Origin: Escherichia phage VB_EcoS-Golestan
Sequence record: NC_042084.1
DNA: 44,829 nucleotides
Reading direction: 5' to 3' (one strand)
Below, piece after piece: positions 27,465 to 34,648 of the stretch. The translations under genes were made by a program, and so were the position numbers. The first letter of the stretch is position 1. Each line of letters begins with the position of its first letter. The notes under the pieces are model-generated. The model saw nothing but the letters and a program-made list of their open reading frames with translations, made no database searches and had not been told where the DNA came from.

Positions 27465-27752
27465 CTAACTATAATAGTTCGCTATTAGGGCGTCAACCTG
27501 TTTAAACGAACCAACGACAAAAACATTAGCACCACGCTTACGCATCCGCTCGTGCTCCCGTAACTGGTGTGGATCCGGCTTCGTGCTTTCGTCTTTCTTT
27601 ATCTCGACGAACCAGATGACGCCGCCGGGGAGAATTACCAGCAGGTCAGGGGCGCCGGAACGTCCTTCGTAGGAAAGTTTACGAACGAGGCCACCAATGG
27701 CCTCGAATCGGTCTTTTGCGTATTTCTGTATTTTGCCCTCAGGCGTACTCAT
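27465..27752 (-). CDS. VRR-NUC domain nuclease (PD-(D/E)xK); start set at ATG 27752
   Basis: PDLLVILPGG...FVEIKK motif; RBS GAGGGG before ATG 27752; ORF-track GTG start at 27788. Confidence 0.55.
   Translation of the reverse strand: MSTPEGKIQKYAKDRFEAIGGLVRKLSYEGRSGAPDLLVILPGGVIWFVEIKKDESTKPDPHQLREHERMRKRGANVFVVGSFKQVDALIANYYS
27468..27496 (-). promoter_or_regulatory. Family-2 promoter copy C (TTGACG-N17-TATAGT) with inverted repeat AATAG-N4-CTATT in the spacer (27473-27486)
   Basis: Near-identical to copies D and E; upstream of the methyltransferase/helicase operon. Confidence 0.55.
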
Positions 27753-27831
27753 CCACACACCCCTCACGTTTCGTATGCGCAATACCACAGCGCGGACAGA
27801 TCCGGCGGTCTTCTTCGTAGAACCAGTAAAT

Positions 27832-27963
27832 TTTCATTCCAGCACCCACAGATAAATTGTTACTAACATACCTAATACGGCAACCATCATGCCGTATTGA
27901 CCCTCGTGACAGTAGACACCGGCGGCGAATCCCGCCAGTACCGCAATAATCAGTTTACTTGGC
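27832..27963 (-). CDS. Small hydrophobic peptide (43 aa) overlapping the 3' end of the polymerase gene
   Basis: Hand-translated MPSKLIIAVLAGFAAGVYCHEGQYGMMVAVLGMLVTIYLWVLE; no clear RBS. Confidence 0.2.
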
Positions 27964-30219
27964 ATATCGCTTCATCTCCGCACCTTCAGCTACAAGAGGG
28001 AACCCCTCCGCCCATTCCGGCAATTCGCACATCAACCGCTCAAGCTCTGCTACATTGTATTCCGGTGAATCTGGTGTCTCGCAGATAATCTCATCGTGTA
28101 CGTGAAGTACAATCGGGTAGCCGTTTGCTTCTACGTTCAGCAGGGCATTAGCCAGCAAATCACGGCACAATGCCTGAGTGCAGTTTTCCACCAGTTTACC
28201 CGAGTAGGTGTACTGGAACCCCCACTGACGGGTTAGCTGATTTTCGCCCTGGTACTTAATGCGCACGTTAGTAGACACCTTCCCGTCTCCATCTGTTTCT
28301 TTCGACACGCTCAACCCGACGCCCGGATAAGACATAACGCGACCCGACGGCAACGTCATGCGCAACCACCAACCAGCGACTTTGTTGCCGTTGTTGTCCG
28401 TTTCTACGTTACGCGAAAACTTAACACCCCGCGGTCCCGCAGTGAACTCTTTACCTGGATTGCGGATAGCTGCCATAGCGGCGTCTTCAATATCCCGCCA
28501 GAACGCTACTGTTTCCGGGTGGGACTCGCGCCACATGCGCTTGATAGCGTCACAGGTACGCCACACTTTCTTATCAAGAATATACGATGGTCGGTCATCC
28601 TTTTCACCTGGCCGCGGAGGTCGCTTGGCTTCCTGAATACGTGCCCATTCATAGCCGCGTGCAGTAGCGGCCCATATATGGTCGGGGAATGTCCCGTCCA
28701 TTGTTTTTGCCATATCAACCAGGTTTAAGCCGAGGTTCTTAGCAAACTGAACGAAAGCACCGACACCACCAGCATAGCCAAGGCCCAATTCACATGCTTT
28801 ACCTATCTGGCGTAGGTCACTACGGCTTTCGAGAATGTAATCAGGGTCCATGCCGAACATCTTACCCGCGGTTACACAGTAAATATCCAATCCCGCACGG
28901 AAGGTATCGAGAGCGGTTTCTTCTCCCGCCAGCCATGCCAACCCGCGACCTTCAACGTTAGAGTAATCAGCTACGACAAACTTACGCCCGGCTTCCGGTA
29001 TGATGCAGCTACGCACCGTCGATGCCGTTAGCTTGGCTACATCGAAACGGCGATGCGCGCGGCCTTTAAACAACAGGTCGATTCCGTAGGACAATGGGTG
29101 TGTTACTCTCCACCAGTCCTTCTCTGACATCCAGTCATAACGTACTTTCTTCTTTTTATTCTTCGGGTCGTCATGATAGTACCCGCGCGCCAGGTTCTGT
29201 GGCTGGAAGCCTTTACCCGCGAACCGTAACGTACGCTTTGCCCCACCGTACTGGATACAACCGCGGCGTCGGTCGTCCGACGAGCGGCCTAACAGCAGCG
29301 GGTTATATTTCGTGGACGCTGTTGACGCGGCCCCGAGGCGCATTTCGATAATCGTGCGGGCGTCGTCAGGTAAATCATCATCGGCCAGCAGGTCATTCAG
29401 CGTCGACTTCTGTGCGTTGTGTATGCGGTGTGCGGGGGCCAGTTCACGTAGAATAGGCAGAAAGTCCTTACCGGTAAGCGAGCCGCCGTATTTACGTTGA
29501 GCTTCTTCCTGTAACTGTGCCTTGTGCTTCTCTACGGCTTCAATCGCGGCTTCCGCCAGTGCGACGTCAACCTTAAATCCGCGGTCGTTGATTAACTGGT
29601 CAAGTTCCAGTACACGGTCTTCGAACTCGGAGTTACCCCAACGCGGCAGCTTATGGAAGACTTCACGCATCGCAGTGATGTCGCTCACGGCGTACCTGAT
29701 GAACATCGCCCACTCGTCAGGGTGAGTTTCTGCGGTGTAGCGGCGGATTTTGTAGTTCTTCGGCGTCGGTTTAGAGAAACGCTTAATCAGAGCCTTGCCG
29801 CGTTTATCTTTCGCGTTGTCGGCGGATACACCCAGCACTTCGCACAGCGCATCAAGAGAACCCGGTAGCGCGTGACGAAACGCCCAAATCATAGTATCAA
29901 TGGTGTTGCTTACCGGAATATCAAAGCCCCAGCAGTGCTTCATGATGAGCCTATCGAAAAGTCCACCGTTGTGCCATACCATCTTAATGCGACTGTTTGG
30001 CTTAACCAGACGGCGTAGAGCGCGGTGTAAATCCACGGGCATATCACTGCCGTCGGTGCAATCCCATACCTGTACAGGCTCGTCGTCAAAAGCGTAGGTA
30101 CAGATAAGCACTTCGGTAGTTGGATGCTCGGCGTAAGCATAGGAGCCGACTTTCTTCAAATCGGCTTCGGAGAATGTTTCAAAGTCTAAGTAAAGCAATG
30201 TGTTCATAGTCTGTACCAC
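27955..30219 (-). CDS. Family A DNA polymerase with 3'-5' exonuclease domain
   Basis: 754 aa; Exo I LYLDFETFS; motif A DYSNVE, motif B RQIGKACELGLGYAG, motif C VHDE. Confidence 0.85.
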   Translation of the reverse strand: MVQTMNTLLYLDFETFSEADLKKVGSYAYAEHPTTEVLICTYAFDDEPVQVWDCTDGSDMPVDLHRALRRLVKPNSRIKMVWHNGGLFDRLIMKHCWGFDIPVSNTIDTMIWAFRHALPGSLDALCEVLGVSADNAKDKRGKALIKRFSKPTPKNYKIRRYTAETHPDEWAMFIRYAVSDITAMREVFHKLPRWGNSEFEDRVLELDQLINDRGFKVDVALAEAAIEAVEKHKAQLQEEAQRKYGGSLTGKDFLPILRELAPAHRIHNAQKSTLNDLLADDDLPDDARTIIEMRLGAASTASTKYNPLLLGRSSDDRRRGCIQYGGAKRTLRFAGKGFQPQNLARGYYHDDPKNKKKKVRYDWMSEKDWWRVTHPLSYGIDLLFKGRAHRRFDVAKLTASTVRSCIIPEAGRKFVVADYSNVEGRGLAWLAGEETALDTFRAGLDIYCVTAGKMFGMDPDYILESRSDLRQIGKACELGLGYAGGVGAFVQFAKNLGLNLVDMAKTMDGTFPDHIWAATARGYEWARIQEAKRPPRPGEKDDRPSYILDKKVWRTCDAIKRMWRESHPETVAFWRDIEDAAMAAIRNPGKEFTAGPRGVKFSRNVETDNNGNKVAGWWLRMTLPSGRVMSYPGVGLSVSKETDGDGKVSTNVRIKYQGENQLTRQWGFQYTYSGKLVENCTQALCRDLLANALLNVEANGYPIVLHVHDEIICETPDSPEYNVAELERLMCELPEWAEGFPLVAEGAEMKRYAK

Positions 30220-30482
30220 GTCTGATAGTCTGCTTCTGTGAGATGGTCGTCGCGATCTTGTTTCTTGTTTTTACCGCGTTCTATGATTTCTGCCCAAGTC
30301 CGGTCTGGGTCTGTGTCTTCTATTAAATGTTTATGCTCCTCGCATGCATAGTGTTTATACCAGTCTCGTACACCGTAAGCTGGAGGGTATTTAGTCATCC
30401 AAATTGCTCTAACTTTTTTACCTTCTGCCTTACAAAATTTGCAGTATGTGATGCGTCTGTATCTCTTAAGTTCCGCTGCCAT
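30204..30482 (-). CDS. Small zinc-finger-like protein
   Basis: 92 aa; CKFCK...CEEHKH Cys/His spacing; overlaps the polymerase start. Confidence 0.4.
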   Translation of the reverse strand: MAAELKRYRRITYCKFCKAEGKKVRAIWMTKYPPAYGVRDWYKHYACEEHKHLIEDTDPDRTWAEIIERGKNKKQDRDDHLTEADYQTWYRL

Positions 30483-30497
30483 TATTTTCGACCCTTA

Positions 30498-30522
30498 GTA
30501 AAAAGGCCCAATGAAGGGCCTT
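30498..30522 (-). terminator. Terminator/attenuator hairpin after the SSB-like gene
   Basis: AAGGCCC-loop-GGGCCTT with a U-run on the - strand (A5 on + strand at 30498-30502). Confidence 0.45.
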
Positions 30523-30541
30523 AGTTAAATTGATTCAGATA

Positions 30542-31171
30542 TTAGCGGCGGCGACGTTCGCGGCGCGGTGCTTCATCTTCTTCTTCGTCGTCTTCCAGGT
30601 CATTGACGCTCGCAGCGACTTTAGAACCGCCGAACGCTTTGCCTTCGCCAACGTATTTAATCGCCAGCAGGTTAACGCCGAGGACTTTATATTTCTGGCT
30701 GAACCAGATTTCTACGCTTACGTTAGCAACGCAGCCGCTGTAAACCTGTTCACCTTCAATCTGTTCACCGTCTACATTGAAGTCCTGCTCTACCTGAGTC
30801 TCGCCTTTTTTAGAGGTTACAATCAGCGGTTGTTTCTGTGCCTTCGCTTTGAAGTAGAAGCCTTCCGGGAAGTCTTCAAACGGATTGTCGCGCTCGGCAA
30901 TGTCTTTAATCGCGCATTTATCCATGTGCTTACCTTCACCGTAGTTGGACTTCATCCATTTCTCGGCAGCGGCTGCGCCTAACGCTTCTTCAACTACAGC
31001 GTAAACGGTGTCGTAGAGCGCATCGATTTGCGCATGGTCAGACGGCAGGATAATCGTTGCGCTGTACTGACCTTTAGTGATTGATCCATCGTCGTTTTCA
31101 CGGTCTTTTTCGCGTTCGAATACGTTAACCCAGGCAGTGTTTACTTTACGCAGATTTAATTTCAGTCCCAT
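30542..31171 (-). CDS. ssDNA-binding-like protein (DUF2815-like by context)
   Basis: 209 aa; acidic C-terminal tail DDEEEDEAP; adjacent to Cas4-like nuclease and polymerase; own strong promoter and terminator. Confidence 0.45.
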   Translation of the reverse strand: MGLKLNLRKVNTAWVNVFEREKDRENDDGSITKGQYSATIILPSDHAQIDALYDTVYAVVEEALGAAAAEKWMKSNYGEGKHMDKCAIKDIAERDNPFEDFPEGFYFKAKAQKQPLIVTSKKGETQVEQDFNVDGEQIEGEQVYSGCVANVSVEIWFSQKYKVLGVNLLAIKYVGEGKAFGGSKVAASVNDLEDDEEEDEAPRRERRRR

Positions 31172-31184
31172 TTGATTTCTCGCT

Positions 31185-31202
31185 TTTCAGTTTCAGTTTC
31201 AG
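31185..31202. repeat. Tandem hexamer (TTTCAG)3 in the 5' UTR of the SSB-like gene
   Basis: Direct read: TTTCAGTTTCAGTTTCAG followed by TTTACT. Confidence 0.8.
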
Positions 31203-31235
31203 TTTACTCCGGGATCTGCCCGGCCAGTGATTAGA

Positions 31236-31264
31236 ACTATAATAGCTAACTATTCATGTGTCAA
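31236..31264 (-). promoter_or_regulatory. Family-2 promoter copy D (TTGACA-N17-TATAGT) with inverted repeat AATAG-N4-CTATT in the spacer (31241-31254)
   Basis: Consensus -35 and near-consensus -10; near-identical to copies C and E. Confidence 0.6.
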
Positions 31265-31483
31265 ATAAAATTTTGCAATAGGGATTATGTTCTCGAAATT
31301 AAGCATATTGGCCGGTTCGAACTCATCCTCTACAGGGTAGTATCGCATCATGGTACCGTTCAAGAACGTGAACGATTCCGAGTGTAGATACCCATCCCAG
31401 CGCCATACCATCAAAAAATCTTTATCAGTCGGCATTTCATTTACTTGAATCATTCTAAATCCTCCTCTGTAACTTGATTCCAC
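31250..31483 (-). CDS. Hypothetical protein
   Basis: 77 aa ORF, coupled to the upstream nuclease gene; start uncertain. Confidence 0.35.
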   Translation of the reverse strand: MESSYRGGFRMIQVNEMPTDKDFLMVWRWDGYLHSESFTFLNGTMMRYYPVEDEFEPANMLNFENIIPIAKFYLTHE

Positions 31484-32691
31484 TCAGGACGTTTGTCATC
31501 CGCCGTTGCGACGCATGGCGCACCGGGCTTACGGGTAATGAAGTCTTTCAGTTCTTCTTCCGGTACAATTTTAACCGCTTCGGTCGGTGTCATAAGAACT
31601 ACCTTTTGCAGCATAGTACCGTACTTCTCGAATACTGCATCGGTATCTTTCCACGCACGATTACCCGGGCGTCCTTCAACCAACTTGTAACCAGGAACTT
31701 TCTTACCTGAATGCAACGCGGCCGCCATAGCTTTCTCAACCTTGTCGATGTGCTGGCGCAACAGCGGCAACTTCTCATACTCAGCTACGAGTTGCTCCGG
31801 CGTCAGTTCCAGCACAAAGTCGTCTTCCAGTTCTTCCGCCAGTACAGAATTAACCGTCTTTGTACGCGCAGCGCATTGTTCAGAGAACCGGCACCACTGA
31901 CAACCATCTACCGATGGCTTGAAGTCCGACGCTTTCAGGTTCTTCTTGCCACGGAAATACGCATCAAGCGCTAACAGCGCGCGTTTCTGTGCGAACTTAG
32001 CGAACAGTTCCAGTCCTTCAACCGAGATGTCCCACTCTGTCGCACCCCCAGCGTAAGGCTGGAAGATGACCAGACGAACGGTTGTTATGTTATAACGTCT
32101 CTTGAGTCGACGATAAACACCGAGAGCGTAAAGCATAAGCTGCTTGTTTTCTTTCGCTTCGACGCGATGCCGCCCGGTTTTCAGGTCGCCGATAATGAGC
32201 ATGTGCTCGTCGGTGTTTGCCAGTTCCTGGACAGCAACGAGGTCAGCGGTTCCGAACGTCTCAACGCCTTCATACCCCGGATGCAATACCTCAGTAAGAT
32301 TAACACGCATTTCCAGCTTGGCGTAAGTCGCTATATCGATAATCGCCTTGCAGTAGTCGGTGTACTTGCGCACCTGCTCAATCATGTCCGCCGTAATCAG
32401 TACCGCGCCTTTCATCGGGCTGATTAGTGCCTTAATCTGGCCTTTGCCTTCATCCAGCACGTAAGCACCGACTTCACGCTCTAACGGCAGCGCAGTTCCG
32501 CGAATATAAGCGTTGAGATGGACCTCAGCTATGGTGTGCATTGCCGTGCCTAATACAGCGGCTTTACCTGGCGTGTTAGGGATATCTTTTTCACAGGCCA
32601 GTGATGCCGCGCAACTTAGCCACTTTTTAGCCCCTGACGGCGACAGTAAGGCATGTACATCGTTATTGCCGCCGCGTTCTTTAAGAATCAT
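31450..32691 (-). CDS. Cas4-like PD-(D/E)xK recombination exonuclease with Fe-S cysteines (DUF2800-like)
   Basis: 413 aa; RecB-nuclease motif IIGDLKTGRHR...QLMLYALG; N-terminal Cys pair plus C-terminal CQWCRFSEQC. Confidence 0.65.
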   Translation of the reverse strand: MILKERGGNNDVHALLSPSGAKKWLSCAASLACEKDIPNTPGKAAVLGTAMHTIAEVHLNAYIRGTALPLEREVGAYVLDEGKGQIKALISPMKGAVLITADMIEQVRKYTDYCKAIIDIATYAKLEMRVNLTEVLHPGYEGVETFGTADLVAVQELANTDEHMLIIGDLKTGRHRVEAKENKQLMLYALGVYRRLKRRYNITTVRLVIFQPYAGGATEWDISVEGLELFAKFAQKRALLALDAYFRGKKNLKASDFKPSVDGCQWCRFSEQCAARTKTVNSVLAEELEDDFVLELTPEQLVAEYEKLPLLRQHIDKVEKAMAAALHSGKKVPGYKLVEGRPGNRAWKDTDAVFEKYGTMLQKVVLMTPTEAVKIVPEEELKDFITRKPGAPCVATADDKRPEWNQVTEEDLE

Positions 32692-33050
32692 CGTAAACTC
32701 TCCAAATACAAGTTTAATGCCTGTAACTGTTCTTCTGTAGGAATGAAAGAATCATCGCGATGTAAGTCGCTTAACTGTTGCAACATTCCTGCGAACTGAC
32801 GTCTTGCGTCAACAGCGTCCATGTGATGCTTTTCACTTTTATATATTAATGTTTTCGGGTAATCCTCAAGCCTGCCAGACGATTTATTCACGCGGAGCGC
32901 ACGAGCTTCATGCACAATGTGAATGTACTTTTTGCCGTTTTGTAACACAGTAGCTACGCCGCTGCTCTTTCTGCGGTCGCCGACTGTGTAAACCTTGTCG
33001 CCACTACGCAGATTAAGCCACCATTTATCGGTCATACCCTGTTCTCCCAC
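32688..33050 (-). CDS. Hypothetical protein
   Basis: 120 aa; ATGA coupling to downstream gene. Confidence 0.4.
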   Translation of the reverse strand: MGEQGMTDKWWLNLRSGDKVYTVGDRRKSSGVATVLQNGKKYIHIVHEARALRVNKSSGRLEDYPKTLIYKSEKHHMDAVDARRQFAGMLQQLSDLHRDDSFIPTEEQLQALNLYLESLR

Positions 33051-33304
33051 TGGTCAATTAAATGTCGTGTCTGGTGCTGGCAGTGCATGGCCCAGCTATA
33101 CATCGACTCGAAGACATAAAAGTCAGGCTTGGCAAAAGTCGTGCGCTTAATCTGCGACACGTGACGGCCTATATCTTTGGGCCTGGGTACTTTGCCTAAG
33201 TACGCCATCTCTTCCATCTGGTGCGCACCGGAAGGAGCGCGCAATAGCCATAGAGCCTCCGTGTTATCCCGTCGGTCAATACCTCGGTAGAGTTGGTAAA
33301 TCAT
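33032..33304 (-). CDS. Hypothetical protein
   Basis: 90 aa. Confidence 0.4.
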   Translation of the reverse strand: MIYQLYRGIDRRDNTEALWLLRAPSGAHQMEEMAYLGKVPRPKDIGRHVSQIKRTTFAKPDFYVFESMYSWAMHCQHQTRHLIDQWENRV

Positions 33305-33346
33305 ATTACGACCCTCTGTTAAAGCGGCCCGAAGGCCGCGGGATAG

Positions 33347-33850
33347 TTATTCTTCTTCGAAATACTTGTTCTTGATTGCCGTCAGGCGTTCAAGGTACTC
33401 GGGCAGGTCTTCATCTTTAATCGCGGCAATCTTCATTTTCTTACCGGTGAACTCCTCCAGCAGTTCATCGGAATCGTCGCACGCAGCATCGCTAGGACCT
33501 TCGTTAATTGCATCGTCGATAGCCTGAATCTGGTCACGAAGAGACTGGTAATCGACCTCTTCTTTCTCTTCTTCTGGTTCTGGAGTCGGCTCCTCTACTT
33601 TAGCTTTACGCGGCTTGCGTTTCGGCTTCTCTTCTTCTTCTGCTGGTTTAGCGTCAACGATGTCTTCACCTTCAACAGGGATTTCTTTTGTTGCTTCTTT
33701 TTCGCACTCAGCTACCGCTTCTTTGGTATACACTACCGTCTCTACTTCTAACGGCGCTGCAACTTGTGCTGACTGTTTCGCACTGTTCGCAGCAATCAGT
33801 TCATGTGCAACTACGAAACGTTCCAGTAATTTTAAGAATTGTTCTAACAT
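33347..33850 (-). CDS. Highly acidic coiled-coil protein
   Basis: 167 aa; long Glu/Asp/Pro/Lys-rich stretch (EEEKPKRKPRKAKVEEPTPEPEEEKEE). Confidence 0.45.
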   Translation of the reverse strand: MLEQFLKLLERFVVAHELIAANSAKQSAQVAAPLEVETVVYTKEAVAECEKEATKEIPVEGEDIVDAKPAEEEEKPKRKPRKAKVEEPTPEPEEEKEEVDYQSLRDQIQAIDDAINEGPSDAACDDSDELLEEFTGKKMKIAAIKDEDLPEYLERLTAIKNKYFEEE

Positions 33851-33872
33851 TTGTTTCTCCTGTTTATTTAGG

Positions 33873-34100
33873 TTACTCGCCGTCGCCTTCTGTAAGGCTA
33901 TCGTCTATTAATTCAAATTTACCGTTTGAGTGTTGGATAGCTTCTTGCCCGCAATGGTCGCAAACCACCAGTTTATCGAATCCGTCAAACTCGTCCCCGA
34001 CTACGCAAGAAAGTACAAATTTATGTTTTGTACATACTTCTTGCGGTGCGCCGAAAATTGCGTGAAAACATTTAGTTATAGCTCCAGTGATTATGTTCAT
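33873..34100 (-). CDS. Small Cys-rich (zinc-ribbon-like) protein
   Basis: 75 aa; C...C...CDHC arrangement; RBS GAGAGGTGA; first gene after family-2 promoter E. Confidence 0.4.
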   Translation of the reverse strand: MNIITGAITKCFHAIFGAPQEVCTKHKFVLSCVVGDEFDGFDKLVVCDHCGQEAIQHSNGKFELIDDSLTEGDGE

Positions 34101-34128
34101 ATCTTCACCTCTCGTTTGGTATGGGTTA

Positions 34129-34157
34129 ACTATAATAGCGAACTATTCACATGTCAA
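34129..34157 (-). promoter_or_regulatory. Family-2 promoter copy E (TTGACA-N17-TATAGT) with inverted repeat AATAG-N4-CTATT (34134-34147); a second half-site ACTATTCACAT repeats at 34186-34196
   Basis: Near-identical to copies C and D; divergent from the Cro-like gene. Confidence 0.6.
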
Positions 34158-34221
34158 TGGGCTTTTCTAAAATAATTAATATGGTACTATTCACATATCA
34201 ACTAACTAAGGAGTAGCTGAC

Positions 34222-34437
34222 ATGCAACCATCTGAACTAGGCATTCGTGTAGAACAACGCCGTAAAGAACTCGGCATCTCCCAGCGCCGTCTGGCGGTCC
34301 TGACCGGCGTTTCCCAGGGCGCAATTAACCAGCTGGCTCTCGGTGTAACTCAGGACGTCCGCCCGGCAACGTTGTTTAAACTGGCGGAAGTGCTGGAAGT
34401 AGACGCTAAGTGGCTGGCGTTCGGTGAAGGGGCTTGA
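34222..34437 (+). CDS. Cro/C1-type (XRE family) helix-turn-helix transcriptional regulator
   Basis: 71 aa; ELGISQRRLAVLTGVSQGAINQL is a classic HTH; RBS AAGGAG; terminator overlaps the stop. Confidence 0.7.
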   Translation: MQPSELGIRVEQRRKELGISQRRLAVLTGVSQGAINQLALGVTQDVRPATLFKLAEVLEVDAKWLAFGEGA

Positions 34438-34454
34438 CGCCCCTTTCTTTTTAT
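34427..34454 (+). terminator. Rho-independent terminator
   Basis: AAGGGGC-TTGAC-GCCCCTT hairpin followed by TTCTTTTTATT. Confidence 0.6.
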
Positions 34455-34648
34455 TGCACCTTTATCGGGTATCTTTTGCGAAACTTACCTAACCCGCAGT
34501 ACACGCTGTAAGCCTCTGTGTAACTGAACACAACATGATACCCGCGCCCATAAGGAACTACGTTAAGAACTTCTACTACTTCGCCTCTGTGGTTGGTGTA
34601 TTTATTACCTTTCAGTTCGTCGCTTACTTCTTTAAATTTACCGCTCAT
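34451..34648 (-). CDS. Hypothetical protein
   Basis: 65 aa; ATGA coupling to the upstream primase gene. Confidence 0.4.
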   Translation of the reverse strand: MSGKFKEVSDELKGNKYTNHRGEVVEVLNVVPYGRGYHVVFSYTEAYSVYCGLGKFRKRYPIKVQ

